From NCBI GenBank assembly GCA_964016885.1, contig OZ024759.1, positions 18,786,001 to 18,850,000 of the forward strand: 64,000 nucleotides of DNA, in the 5' to 3' direction. The position numbers were made by a program, and so were the translations under genes. Positions 40,638 to 51,922 of the stretch are shown piece after piece; the stretch's first letter is position 1; every line of letters starts with the position of its first letter. The DNA comes from Eledone cirrhosa. Taxonomy: Eukaryota. The notes under the pieces are model-generated. The model searched no databases, was not told the origin of the DNA, and saw nothing but the letters and a program-made list of their open reading frames with translations.

Positions 40638-41244
40638 TCAGGTCACCAGTTGGTGCTACTGGTAACATGTATCCTAGTACAACCTGTCTCATGGTCGGGT
40701 CGTTGGCGACTAAACTGGCAACCCCATCAAGGTTTCTTGGTGAGGAGGGTGACTTTGGACATCCTGCAGGACTAAAAACAAAACCTGTCAAAAGGCAAAG
40801 GAGCTCTTAAGAGTCAATGGCCATCCAAAATCACCGGGAGAGATGACCCCTTAGCCTTTGTCAAGGCAGAATTCTAGGAGAAGGAAAACTCTGATATAAC
40901 ACCTGCAACTCTGATGGTATCCAATGATGTTGACTTGTTCTTCTTTTTGGTAAATATCATTTTGGTTAAGAGAGTGGGACTGGCTTTGTGCAGTGCCTTT
41001 GCTCACTATAAAAGCTTCACGGCACAGGCATTGCTTTATATCTGGAGATCTCTCTGCACTTGTCGTCACATGGTACCATGGGCCCAGCACTGTGTGTCAA
41101 TAATTGTCACAAGTGCAGTGTTTGTACCAGAGTTTTCAAGTCGCTGGCTGGACTAAAAAGTCACACTTGTTCAGTGCATCGGTAGGGGTTCTCCTACATG
41201 GATATTAAGTAGTGGCCGTACTCGAAAACGAGTTGGTAGCCACC
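40638..41244 (+). mobile_element. Non-autonomous RTE-derived element, copy 3
   Basis: Colinear reverse complement of 6457-7062; flanked by ATGT-type repeats. Confidence 0.82.
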
Positions 41245-41344
41245 ATGTACGTATGAATGTGTGTCTGCATATGCGTATGTGTGTTTGTATGTATGCGTGC
41301 ATCTATACATATATGTATGTATTTGGTTGGTGTTGGTGTTGGTG

Positions 41345-41636
41345 TGTTGGGTATTTATTCCGGCTCAAATCAAGTCAGGTGTCTTTCCCACGACAGGTAC
41401 AATGTAACCCACTACAACCTGCTTCATGGTCCAGTGGTCAGTGATTAAACCGGCTTCCACATCAGACCCTCGTCTGGTGTGAAGGGAAAGTGGAACCCCA
41501 GCAGCACAAAGAATGTGAGTTGTTGAAAAGGCAGATGAACTACTCAGAGGCAACGGCAATTCATCCCAACAATGGGTTAAATAGGAGTGGTGAAGGACTC
41601 TGCCATCACGACCCTCTCGGGAATATGTGGGCGACG
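41345..41636 (+). mobile_element. Second short RTE-related element with (AAG)n tail
   Basis: Shares the TGTA.CC...TACAACCTG..TCATGGTC...AAAC.GGC head motif with the 605-bp family; ends CACGACCCTCTC...GGGCGACG then (AAG)n. Confidence 0.5.
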
Positions 41637-42068
41637 AAGAAGAAGAAGAAGAAGAAGAAGAAGAAGAAGAAGAAGAAGAAGAAGAAGAAGAAAAATAAAA
41701 AGAATAAAAAGAAGAAGAAGAAGAAGAAGAAGAAGAAGAAGAAGAAGAAGAAGAAGAAGAAGAAGAAGAAGAAAAAGAAAAAGAAGAAGAAAAGGAAAAA
41801 TAATAATAATAATAATGATTTCATTTATTGGCCACAAGGGCCGACATATAGGGGACAACACAATAGACAGGGACAGTGGGGGTTTACATAGAGATCGAGT
41901 AAGTATAAATAACAAAAAACAAAATAACAATCAAAATACAACAATGAAAGTTCCCCAATAAGAGGGATCACCACCCAGGGTTGACTCAAGCACCCCACCA
42001 GTCCTGAGCCACCCGACGCTCCTAGGGCACCCGGGAAGGGCACCCCTCTCCTTCTCGAATTCACCAGC

Positions 42069-45000
42069 CTACAGGCGCATGATCAGAGTAGGCCCACTCA
42101 CACGGGCCATTCTCGCCACATTCACCCACCTTTCAGTAAATGTACTGGGGGGCAGCACTTCTCTCTCCACCCTCACCTTCCTTTCCAAGTGAAACTTGAA
42201 GAAGTTGACGAGGGATTGGCCGAAGAGAAAAGTGTCTGTCTTCAGTCCTTTCAACCTGGTCCACCATGCAACCTCTTTCGCTACTGCCACCAGGCAGAGG
42301 AAAATTGCCTGCCCTTCCTGACCAAAAGAAGGCGGCGGGTCAATCTTCACTATGGACTCGGACGATAGCCGGATCCGTTCTACACGCGACAATAGCTGTT
42401 CGACATAACCCCACAAGTCAGCAATGCACGGACACTGGACGAGTGCGTGCAGAACGGTTTCGTCGCTCTGCGCGCATCTCGGGCAGGTTCGTCTGACAGC
42501 ACTTCCGTGCCTGTAGAGTTTATCCCGAACCGGCAGCGCCCCCCGGTAGCACTGCCAAGCGAGGGATTTCTGGAAGTTATCCATCGTCCCCGGCTCGAAA
42601 GTCCTCCGGAACATACTGGTCAGTTCTACTTCGTTGACGCCCAGAGCCTCTCCTAGTACGTCATCGCACTTGCCCTCCACTAATCCTCTATAGAAATCTT
42701 GAGTGGGAGTTCCACTGACCGCATTGCCCACCTTGCAGAGTGCAGTGAGCGCCTGGCAACATTCCAGATGCCAGTCGCCCAGTCTCGGTCTCTTCTTGAC
42801 CCAGGACTGCAGCTCAGTCAAAGAGATGAGCTGCGGAAAGGCCCGTCTAACAAACGGCGACCACACCTGTTCACCGTTTAGGCAAAATATCTGGAGATGT
42901 CGCAGCCTCAGCGCATGTCTGCGCATCATTAGCCACGGCATGCCCAGCCCTCCACGAAGAGGGTGCTGGCAGCAGATGGACCGCCTCACCAACGGGACCC
43001 GTCCCCTCCACAAAAATTTGAAAAGGAGCCGTTCCAAATTGGCGAGGCGTGGACGGGGGCAAGGCACGACGGTCAGGCGGTAGTAGATGACGGACGCGAT
43101 GTACGCGTTCGCCACCTCCGCCCGCCCTTTCAGTGATAGCTTTCTCTCAGCCCATTTCTGGGTGAGGTTGGCTATCCTGCTCGTCACCTCGTCCCAATTC
43201 TTATCCACCTGGAGGTCTGGTCCGAACCAAACCCCGAGCAACTTTACCGGTCCGTCTGTCCAGCGCCCAACGACGCTGTTGGACGGCATGGACTTGCCTC
43301 TCCAGGTGCCGAGCTGCAAGCCCACCGACTTTTCCGGGTTAAGTTTTGCTCCCGTCAACCTTTCATATTCCTCCAAATGGGTGCGGATCACCTCGATTTC
43401 CGAGGTGTCCGACACCATCACGGTGATGTCGTCCGCATAAGCGGACGCAGCCTTTCTACGTCCCGGTTCGAGCGGGATGCCCTGCAACAACTCCAGCTTC
43501 CGCAGTAGAGGCTCAAGAGTCAATACGTACAGAAGTGAGGAGAGAGGGCACCCTTGACGGACCGATCGAGAGATCTGAAACGGTTCCGAGAGGTGGCCAT
43601 TAACTTTGACCACCGAGCGGATGCCGCTGTACATTGCAGCGATCCAGCTTCTGAAGACGGGGCCGAAGCCAGCCGCCTCGAGGACAGCCTCCAAGTACCG
43701 ATGGTCGACCCTATCGAATGCTTTCGATTGATCTAAATTGATCAGAGCCCCACCGAAGCCAGGTTTGCACCCAACCCTCTCTATGATGTATCGCATGAGG
43801 TGGAGGTTGTCGTGTATGGACCTGGTCGGGATTGCGCAAGTTTGCGCCTCCCCAACCAAATCTTTGACGACAAGCGCCAACCTTTTCGCTAACACCTTGG
43901 CCAAAATCTTAAACTCTGTGTTGAGCAGGGTTATGGGCCTGAAATTATCTAGTGTGTCCCTCTTGTTCTCGTCTTTCCTTATCAGCGTCACTACGCCACG
44001 GCTCACAGAACTGGGAATGCTCCCGTTCTGCTGCCAGTTGCAGTAGAGCGCTTCGAGGAGATCGGAGAACAAGTCTGGCATATTTACGTAAAGCTCGTAG
44101 GGCAGACCATCCAAACCGGGTGACTTGCGACTCGAGCAGCCGACAAGGGCGTCCTGAATTTCGGCTGATGTTATCGGCTCTTCGCAGCGCTCAGCGTCGG
44201 CCGTCGAGAGGCGTGGCAAGCCGTCGAGGTAGGGACTGAAGTCCGCCGCCGTCTCCGACTCACCCATCCTCCCGAACAATCGAGCAAAGTGCTGGCGAAA
44301 GGCCTCACACATCTGCTTGGAATCGCTCAGTTCGTGTCCATCTCGATCCGTCAAAGACCGAATTGTGGTTTTATTTCCACGCTGCGTCTCTGCAAAGCGA
44401 GCCCATCGGGCAGCTTTGGTTCCCTCGTTCCTCAGAGCACGCGCCTTAGCTCTGACAATGCAACCTTCGTGTTTCGCATTGAAGAAATGGTCTAGTGCCA
44501 TTCTCGCCGCTAGCACGTCTGTTGCAATGCCACTACAAATAGCCTCGTCTAACTTAGCTATCAGCCCCTCCTCCTTTCTATTTTTCTCTATTGCTACTTC
44601 TTTGCTAAATCCTATCGAGGTTGCTCTAATCTCTCTTTTGAGTGCCCCCCACCACCTGTTGTTGACAACCCCCCCTGTCAACTTTTGCTTAACTAAGTTG
44701 TTGACCCGGTCCCTGTAAGCTTTACGTGCCGGAAACGACATGTTTAGCTTCCAGTAGCTAGGTCCTAACCTACGTGTCTTATCTAGGTCGACCATACAGA
44801 TCACAAGCTTGTGATCTGAATAGGCAACCGTTTTAAAATGTGGACATCCTACACTATTTCTATCTCTTTTCCTAATGAAAATCCTATCTATGTACGATCT
44901 AGATGACCCTATGCGATTGGTCCAGGTCCATACTGGCGCATTAGGGAAATCTAGTCGGTACCTGTCAGACAGTTGAAACTGGCTGATCAGGTACTTGAGG

Positions 45001-45488
45001 CTTTTGCACCCCCCGCTCCTATCAGATACTCCCACACAATCCCAGCGTGCTTCTAAGATGCCATTCCAATCCCCTATTAACAGTAAAGGGCGAGACGTAA
45101 GCAGAAAGTTTTCCAGGCGCCTAAAGAAGTCCGGCCGACCGGCCCCAGTAGGGGCGTAGACGGCCACCAGTCTAAAGGCACCACCTTCGCTATTGCTCAC
45201 GTCCAGGACCACCAACTTTCCGTCAGGATCCCGGAAGATTGACCTTACCTCGAGATCCAGACATTTCCTAAACAGCACAGCCACTCCACCTCCCATTCCC
45301 GGCCGACTAACAGATGCAAAGATCTGATAATCGTCGAAAATCGGCGCCAGTGCGCGTGTGTCGGAAATTCTGGTCTCGCTGATGGCAATTACATCCATTC
45401 CTAGTGACCTGAGGTCGTTGAGCAAGTGACCTTGCTTCCAGGGCGACCCCAGGCCACGAACATTTAAACTTCCTACTCTTATGGCCAT
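42069..45488 (-). CDS. Tx1/L1-clade ORF2 (APE endonuclease, reverse transcriptase, C-terminal Cys/His), intact 1139 aa
   Basis: SLNVRG, ISET, VYAP, GDWN, IDRIF, SDH (APE); PGLDG, FRPITLLN, DQSKAFDRV, VRQGCPLS, YADD (RT); CPRC...ETVLHALVQC. Confidence 0.96.
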   Translation of the reverse strand: MAIRVGSLNVRGLGSPWKQGHLLNDLRSLGMDVIAISETRISDTRALAPIFDDYQIFASVSRPGMGGGVAVLFRKCLDLEVRSIFRDPDGKLVVLDVSNSEGGAFRLVAVYAPTGAGRPDFFRRLENFLLTSRPLLLIGDWNGILEARWDCVGVSDRSGGCKSLKYLISQFQLSDRYRLDFPNAPVWTWTNRIGSSRSYIDRIFIRKRDRNSVGCPHFKTVAYSDHKLVICMVDLDKTRRLGPSYWKLNMSFPARKAYRDRVNNLVKQKLTGGVVNNRWWGALKREIRATSIGFSKEVAIEKNRKEEGLIAKLDEAICSGIATDVLAARMALDHFFNAKHEGCIVRAKARALRNEGTKAARWARFAETQRGNKTTIRSLTDRDGHELSDSKQMCEAFRQHFARLFGRMGESETAADFSPYLDGLPRLSTADAERCEEPITSAEIQDALVGCSSRKSPGLDGLPYELYVNMPDLFSDLLEALYCNWQQNGSIPSSVSRGVVTLIRKDENKRDTLDNFRPITLLNTEFKILAKVLAKRLALVVKDLVGEAQTCAIPTRSIHDNLHLMRYIIERVGCKPGFGGALINLDQSKAFDRVDHRYLEAVLEAAGFGPVFRSWIAAMYSGIRSVVKVNGHLSEPFQISRSVRQGCPLSSLLYVLTLEPLLRKLELLQGIPLEPGRRKAASAYADDITVMVSDTSEIEVIRTHLEEYERLTGAKLNPEKSVGLQLGTWRGKSMPSNSVVGRWTDGPVKLLGVWFGPDLQVDKNWDEVTSRIANLTQKWAERKLSLKGRAEVANAYIASVIYYRLTVVPCPRPRLANLERLLFKFLWRGRVPLVRRSICCQHPLRGGLGMPWLMMRRHALRLRHLQIFCLNGEQVWSPFVRRAFPQLISLTELQSWVKKRPRLGDWHLECCQALTALCKVGNAVSGTPTQDFYRGLVEGKCDDVLGEALGVNEVELTSMFRRTFEPGTMDNFQKSLAWQCYRGALPVRDKLYRHGSAVRRTCPRCAQSDETVLHALVQCPCIADLWGYVEQLLSRVERIRLSSESIVKIDPPPSFGQEGQAIFLCLVAVAKEVAWWTRLKGLKTDTFLFGQSLVNFFKFHLERKVRVEREVLPPSTFTERWVNVARMARVSGPTLIMRL

Positions 45489-45517
45489 GCTGGCAGGATG
45501 AATGGGAGAGGAAAGGT

Positions 45518-47428
45518 TTACTTACCTTCCGGGGTCTTGTGAAGGTCGGGTGGTTCGACCTCCATGGTTTGTGGGGTTTCTTTTGGGAACCCCTTTAATA
45601 GTCTTGACGTGGGTTTTACGTTCGGGGTTCCCACATCCCGAGGAAAGCTCTTTCGAATTTCTTTGTATGAAGCGAGCGACATTCGCATCAGAAGCAAATT
45701 ATCTGGTACGCGAAATGTGCTCGCTTCAAATGTTTCCCCGTCTTTTTCGATGTTTGTGCTTCGTGCTACATGGGCCATCAATTCCTTGTTGGCCCTTCTG
45801 GCAAGCACGAAGTTTTTAATGTTTTGTTGCTCGGGTTTTATTTGTTCGTGTGATTGTGGTGGTGATAGCTTTGTTAGTGTTGTTTCTATTGTGTCTGCGT
45901 TTGTTGTGGGTGGGGTGTCTGTAGTTTCTGATGTTTGTGTGTCTATTTGTTCTTGTGTCTGTTTAGCTTGTTTGCGTTTGGGGGATTTTGGTGGTTGTGT
46001 TGGTGATGCTGTGGGGAAAATGTTTGTGTGGGTGGTGTGTGTATTTTTTTTTGTGGGGGTGTTTGTGCTTTGTGGATTTCTTTTTTTTTTGTGTTTTGTT
46101 TTTTGTATTTTGGGGGACTTTGGTTTTCCCTCATCTTCACTGCTGGAGGATGAGGGGTCTGTGGCTGTGAGCGTGTTTGTGTCTGAGTGAGTGTTTATGT
46201 TCTTGTTCGTGTGTGTATTTTGGGGGGGAGGGGGAATGGGAGAGCTTTCCTCGTTTCCCCCCTGGGTGTGCAATTTTGGTGGTTCCATTGTTGACGGTGT
46301 TGCTGGTGGTCCTTGTCCCGGCGTCGCCAGCAGTGGAATCTTTCGACCCCTTGCGCTTTTCAGCAGTTGAGGGCAGAAGGCTCGCAAGTGTGTCGTTTCC
46401 CCACAAAGGAAACAATGCGGCCTTTTGCCCTCAGTCATTATATGCAACACCCTCCCGTTTTGGAGGCGGATGTGGTCCGGGATTGTTTTTACGTTTTCGG
46501 GTCTGATTTGGAGCAGTATCTCCAGATCAACCCCGGACCAGTCGTCCCTGGCAGTTCTCGTTGCCTCTACCGGGACTGTATCCGTTCCTTCCACGATTAC
46601 GCAACCCAGGAGCCACCACATATCAAGTCCTGGTGGAATCCTGGGAATGCGCACACGTGCTATTCGTTTTCCCATGTGGGAGGGGTACATTATGACCTTG
46701 CTGGTTTTGCAAGGGGTCATTGAATGCTTCACAGCGAGGGCTTCAGACTTGAACAGCACCGAAACGGTGCCGTATTGCCTGCCCCTCTCTATGAAGTCTG
46801 TGTCCTCTCTGATGTATTTCAGTGCGGCTTCTATGTCAGCTTGGGCGATTATCGCTGCCCTCTTTGTCTCTACTGAGATGCATCTGAAATGCACCGTTCT
46901 TTTTTCCACTGCCTCAATGGCTTCTGCCGGGACAGTTAAGTTTGCCCAGGTCTGCTCTTGATTTATGATTTTCCAGGCCTGGGCCAACTTTTCCTCTCTG
47001 TTGGTTAAGTCGATGCTGTAGCATGGTCTCCTTTTAGCCGCTGCCACAGCAGCGAAAGTGTTCTTGTTGGTGTTGTCACTGTTGTTGTTCTTGTTGGTGT
47101 TGCTGCTGCTATTGCTGTTGTTGTTCTCCCCTGTGTCGTGGTTACCCTCTGTGCTGTTGGCCTTGTTGGTGCTGTTGCTGTCGCTACTATTACTCTCTGT
47201 GCTGTTCGTTTTGTTGGTGCTCTCGTTATTACCACCTTCTGCGCTGTTCGGCTTGTTGGTGTTGGTGTTGTCGCTGTTACCACCTTCCGCGCCGCTCGGC
47301 CCGTTGGTGCTGGCACTGTCGCTGCTCACATTCGTGCTGGTGGCGCTCCTCGCCTCACCTCTCCTCTCAACGCTCAAGTCGCCGTTGCACGACAGCAGAC
47401 CCGCCTCTAGGGGGCGTGGCTCCGCCAT
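45518..47428 (-). CDS. Tx1/L1-clade ORF1 nucleic-acid-binding protein, intact 636 aa
   Basis: CCHC knuckle CFLCGETTHLRAFC preceded by an RRM-like region; low-complexity N/S/T N-terminus and T/K/P C-terminus; ends 29 nt before the ORF2 start. Confidence 0.88.
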   Translation of the reverse strand: MAEPRPLEAGLLSCNGDLSVERRGEARSATSTNVSSDSASTNGPSGAEGGNSDNTNTNKPNSAEGGNNESTNKTNSTESNSSDSNSTNKANSTEGNHDTGENNNSNSSSNTNKNNNSDNTNKNTFAAVAAAKRRPCYSIDLTNREEKLAQAWKIINQEQTWANLTVPAEAIEAVEKRTVHFRCISVETKRAAIIAQADIEAALKYIREDTDFIERGRQYGTVSVLFKSEALAVKHSMTPCKTSKVIMYPSHMGKRIARVRIPRIPPGLDMWWLLGCVIVEGTDTVPVEATRTARDDWSGVDLEILLQIRPENVKTIPDHIRLQNGRVLHIMTEGKRPHCFLCGETTHLRAFCPQLLKSARGRKIPLLATPGQGPPATPSTMEPPKLHTQGGNEESSPIPPPPQNTHTNKNINTHSDTNTLTATDPSSSSSEDEGKPKSPKIQKTKHKKKRNPQSTNTPTKKNTHTTHTNIFPTASPTQPPKSPKRKQAKQTQEQIDTQTSETTDTPPTTNADTIETTLTKLSPPQSHEQIKPEQQNIKNFVLARRANKELMAHVARSTNIEKDGETFEASTFRVPDNLLLMRMSLASYKEIRKSFPRDVGTPNVKPTSRLLKGFPKETPQTMEVEPPDLHKTPEGK

Positions 47429-47666
47429 GTTTTTTTGAGAAAAAAATTATTATTTTTTTTCAAAATAAAGTTCAAATATTTGGGCCAAAAGGCCCAAATA
47501 TTATGAGTTATTCCTTCACAGGATACAAATTAATGTCTTATAATGCTTCAGCGGTACAAAAAATAAACAATTCTCTACAATTAATCCTCAAAAAATTGCT
47601 TACTCACGGAGCTTCAAAAAAACGTACATCCACTTTCGTCAATAATAATAATAATAATAATAATAA

Positions 47667-47697
<31 letters not shown>

Positions 47698-48286
47698 AAG
47701 AAGAAGAAGAAGAAGAAAAATAAAAATAAAAAAAAAAAGAAGAAGAAGAAGAAGAAGAAGAAGAAGAAGAAGAAGAAGAAGAAGAAGAAGAAGAAAAAGA
47801 AGATCATCAGTGACATTTGCCCACTGGCTGTGACATGACCACAGCTTTTGAAACATTCCTCAACGAGACTCTCGTATGACAAAATAAGTACTAAACTTCT
47901 CAAGATAGATACTGACGTGAAGTGAGACTAGGCTGGATATCCGCGACAAAATCTAGGTGGTGCCCCAGCATGGCCGCAGTCTAGTGACTAAAACCACTAA
48001 AAGAATATTTAGGTTCTCTTCAATGGATGGTAATACCTTACCGGCGCCACTCGAGTAACGTAATTATTTAACCCATAAATGGAGCGATAACAGGTACTAC
48101 TACTCCGGACTAGAGCAGATCTGGGAGTGATAACAATTAAGGGGTAACTCCTCATTCCTCCACAGCTCCTGAACTCCAGAACTCCTGAACTGGAGCCTTG
48201 CCACTGGATGCAGTTTAATGAATATGAGAACGAACGAAAAATGAACTTTTACACGCACACTATTGAATATCAATATTCCTATATTC

Positions 48287-48699
48287 GGGCGGTGGATTGG
48301 TAGTATCGGTAGAGGGTCGGACGCCATGCTTTCCAGCATAGTTACGTCCCTTTACGATCTGAGTTCAAATCCCGCCGAAGTTGACTTTACCTTTCATCCT
48401 TACGTGGTCGATAAAATAAAGTACCAGTAATAAAAGGATCGATCGACTTTCGTCAAATCGGACCAAGGAAACAATGTTTTCGTCGGTCTTTCCAGTTGCT
48501 AATACTATCTATCGGTCGCAACTCCAGGTAGAAGGAGCAACGTGAAATAAAGTGTCTTGCTCAAGGACATAACGCATCGCCCGGTCCAGGAATTGAACTC
48601 ACAATCTCAAGATTGTGAATCCAATTCTCTAACCACTCAGCTACACACCTTCACCAGTAATGCACTGGGTAATTGCTGGTCTTGTGCCTAAAGTAGAAA
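48287..48699 (+). mobile_element. SINE family A copy interrupted by a family B SINE
   Basis: 16-bp TSD CAATATTCCTATATTC (48271-48286 and 48700-48715); insert at 48432-48652. Confidence 0.88.
48432..48652 (-). mobile_element. tRNA-derived SINE family B
   Basis: Head GTGAAGG.G.GT.GCTGAGTGGTTAG...GTTC.ATTCC and CCTTGAGCAAGACACTTTATTTCAC; 9-bp TSD ACCAGTAAT. Relatives at ~22290-22528(-), 25390-25570(+), 30660-30812(-), 50290-50503(-), 56640-56840(-). Confidence 0.82.
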
Positions 48700-49184
48700 C
48701 AATATTCCTATATTCCGTAATAAATTTATTATCAATATCAACGGACAGCTACCTTATAGATAGCGGCTGGGCTGAATTGTATTTGGAAATTTTTGAAATT
48801 TCATGTTTGCCATCTAACGAGAAAGGTCTATAACGAATAAAAACTTTTACTTATATATCTTTGTGTTCGATTGTGTTGGTTTTATAATAAACGAGTTGCA
48901 ATAATCTTTCAGGTTTATAAACTTAAGAGAACGGAATATATACGTTTAACTTGACAACGACAAATATCAGTGCTTGGAATATTATAGAGGAAATACCTCT
49001 CTAATCATATTCCATATATTTTAATTATTTGGCTTGGCAGTCCATTAATTTCAAACATCTCATTTAGTTGCCGATATTGTTACACAGGAGTTTCATAATA
49101 TATTTCATTTTGTGACATATTACAATAACAATTGAACTCGAGAAATTCCAGGGCTTCTGGTAACCCAATATTTAGATCGATGCC

Positions 49185-49252
<68 letters not shown>

Positions 49253-49257
49253 TATAT

Positions 49258-49340
<83 letters not shown>

Positions 49341-49483
49341 GGCATCGATCTAAATATTGGGTTACCAGAAGCCCTGGAATTTCTCGAGTTCAATTGGCAG
49401 GTTTAGCCACCATCTCCCCTACTAATTTGCAACCACAGAATTACTACTGATTTTTGACAATCATTTTGACCATATATGGAATT

Positions 49484-49577
49484 ACCCCTTGAGAAGATCG
49501 GCTATTTAAATACCAGGATAAATTTTCATTTAGTCCAGAATTAGCCGTCGAAACGGCTTGAGCTCAGCTGTCGGGGT
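49484..49577 (+). ncRNA. Type-I hammerhead with compensatory U3-A8 core (UUGAGAA)
   Basis: ACCCC-UUGAGAA-GA(U)CGGCUA...UAGCCGUC-GAAA-CGGCU(UGAGCUC)AGCUG-UC-GGGGU; predicted cleavage after C49572. Confidence 0.72.
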
Positions 49578-49668
49578 CTTACTGGTTCCTATTACCCACT
49601 CTACTACCTCAAGTATTGAGTACTTTGGTGCGTTATGGTCCACCTGGTTCCTTACCACATTTCCTTCG

Positions 49669-49738
<70 letters not shown>

Positions 49739-49742
<4 letters not shown>

Positions 49743-49993
49743 AGTAAGTATGTTTTGAAACAGTGAGCGATTTTGAAATTAGAAAATATATAGCTTTCAC
49801 CGTATTTTTGACTAAAGGAATTTTAGCTTGATAACGGGGTTTAGAACGCTCAGATAAATGGGAAAAGATGAGTATTGACGTACATGGGAGTCGAACCCAC
49901 ATCTGGGTTCGACTCCCATGTACGTCAATACTCATCTTTTCCCATTTATCTGAGGGTTCTAAACCCCGTTATCAAGCTAAAATTCCTTTAGTC

Positions 49994-49994
<1 letters not shown>
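49739..49994. repeat. Near-perfect 186-bp palindrome (49809-49994) plus ~70-nt one-sided tail, within (TA)n
   Basis: Arms are reverse complements around a CATC loop (49900-49903); one mismatch seen. Confidence 0.9.
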
Positions 49995-50072
<78 letters not shown>

Positions 50073-50135
50073 ACCATCCATATACTGTACCGATGTGTTG
50101 TTATTTCTGTTTACATTTTACACACACACATACAG

Positions 50136-50204
<69 letters not shown>

Positions 50205-50500
50205 TGAGACAGTAAACAGAAAACAAAAAAAAAACGTGGAAGCGAAGAGACAGTACAAATGTTATTATTAGTTTCACACTTGAGTGGGGGATCGACAATC
50301 GATCGACTTTCGTCCGAGGAAACAGTGTTTCCGTTGGTCTTTCTAATTGCTAATACTCTCTATCAGTCGCAACTCCAGGTAGAAGGAGAAACATGAAATA
50401 AAGTGTCTTGCCCAAGCACACAACGCATCACTCGGCTCGGGAATCGAATAAACAACCTCACGTTTGCGAATCTAATTCTCTAACCACTCAGCCACGCGCC

Positions 50501-50622
<122 letters not shown>

Positions 50623-50912
50623 AAAGTAAGCCCATAGAATCATTTGATAAAATATATACAGTATTTCCTCTCCCAATCAGCATAATTAACCACACAAAAA
50701 TTCAATTAAACGAGGCTATAAGTTTAAAATGCACCTATGAAGAAACAATAGATAAATAAATGATAGCTATTTTATCCGCGATCAACAGCCACAGAAGATT
50801 TATCTAGTATGTCTAATAGCCCGTAGAAATCGATTAGACATATAGCAAACCATACATAAGTAGGTACAAAATCAAAGTTAGAAGAAAAATGTACATAAAC
50901 ATACCAAAATTA

Positions 50913-50998
50913 TGTTTCTACCCCCCTTAGGTTTCATTCGCTTTTTGGAAATATCCGATCATGGATAAATTCATGAGTTTCGAAATCATCAGGAAACA
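50913..50998 (-). ncRNA. Type-I hammerhead, canonical core
   Basis: UGUUUC-CUGAUGA-UUUCG...CGAAU-GAAA-CCU(AAGGG)GGG-UA-GAAACA; 6-bp stem I. Confidence 0.68.
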
Positions 50999-51189
50999 AA
51001 CTCAATTGGACAAATATTTTTCTTAAATGATCCCCGCCAGAAACGAATTCAAAATGACTAAGAACTGTCTCGTGGCTAGTGGTCAAGTCAGAAAGTTTGT
51101 GATTAGTGCCTCACGGCGAGTGGGCTGGTTGCTAGAAAACTGCATGAATTAACTATTACTTAACGACATTTTCATGCCTTTGAAATGTG

Positions 51190-51480
51190 CGTAATAGGTG
51201 TTATGTTCCATTTCAATACGAGAATCTCTGGAGATGACATCGGGATAGGACAGCTCTCCCCCCCCCTCCCTGTTATTAGTGACTGCTTGTGGTTCCCAAA
51301 GCACTAATGGGGACACAGCCTCAGAAGTGGCACGATGGCAGTGGCCTGCAAATATTACTCTCCTTTTACGTACACCGACAGATATGCTTGACAGGCCGGT
51401 ATATATCTCTCTCAAAGTCAGATGTCACCAGGTTATGTTCCGAATGCGTTGAAGCAGGAGAGTGTAAGTACTATCAAGGT
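51190..51480 (-). pseudogene. Decayed RTE/RTEX ORF C-terminal fragment
   Basis: RKRRVIFAGHCHRATSEAVSPLVLWEP...LSYPDVISRDS. Confidence 0.65.
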
Positions 51481-51670
51481 GGTTTTATTTGTTAGTATAT
51501 TATACATGATACTTTAAATTTAAAAACAAAAAATATAGGAGTTATTATGTATTAAAATCCCTTCGTGACATTTCTTCTTCCCTGTGTATGCGTATATATA
51601 TATATATATATATATAACGAAATAGCCGTCGAAACCTCTTGATCTCTGCAGTTGAGGTCTTGAATATTTT

Positions 51671-51922
<252 letters not shown>

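Larger units (their letters stand above)
41817..47640 (-). mobile_element. Full-length Tx1-like LINE
   Basis: ~210-nt 5' UTR, ORF1, ORF2, 3' UTR with AATAAA (41824-41829, -); (AAT)n abuts both ends, with (AAG)n beyond. Confidence 0.9.

Noticed and set aside
42266-47438. Plus-strand ORFs overlapping the Tx1 element
   Set aside because: Antisense shadows of a GC-richer coding sequence; no motifs
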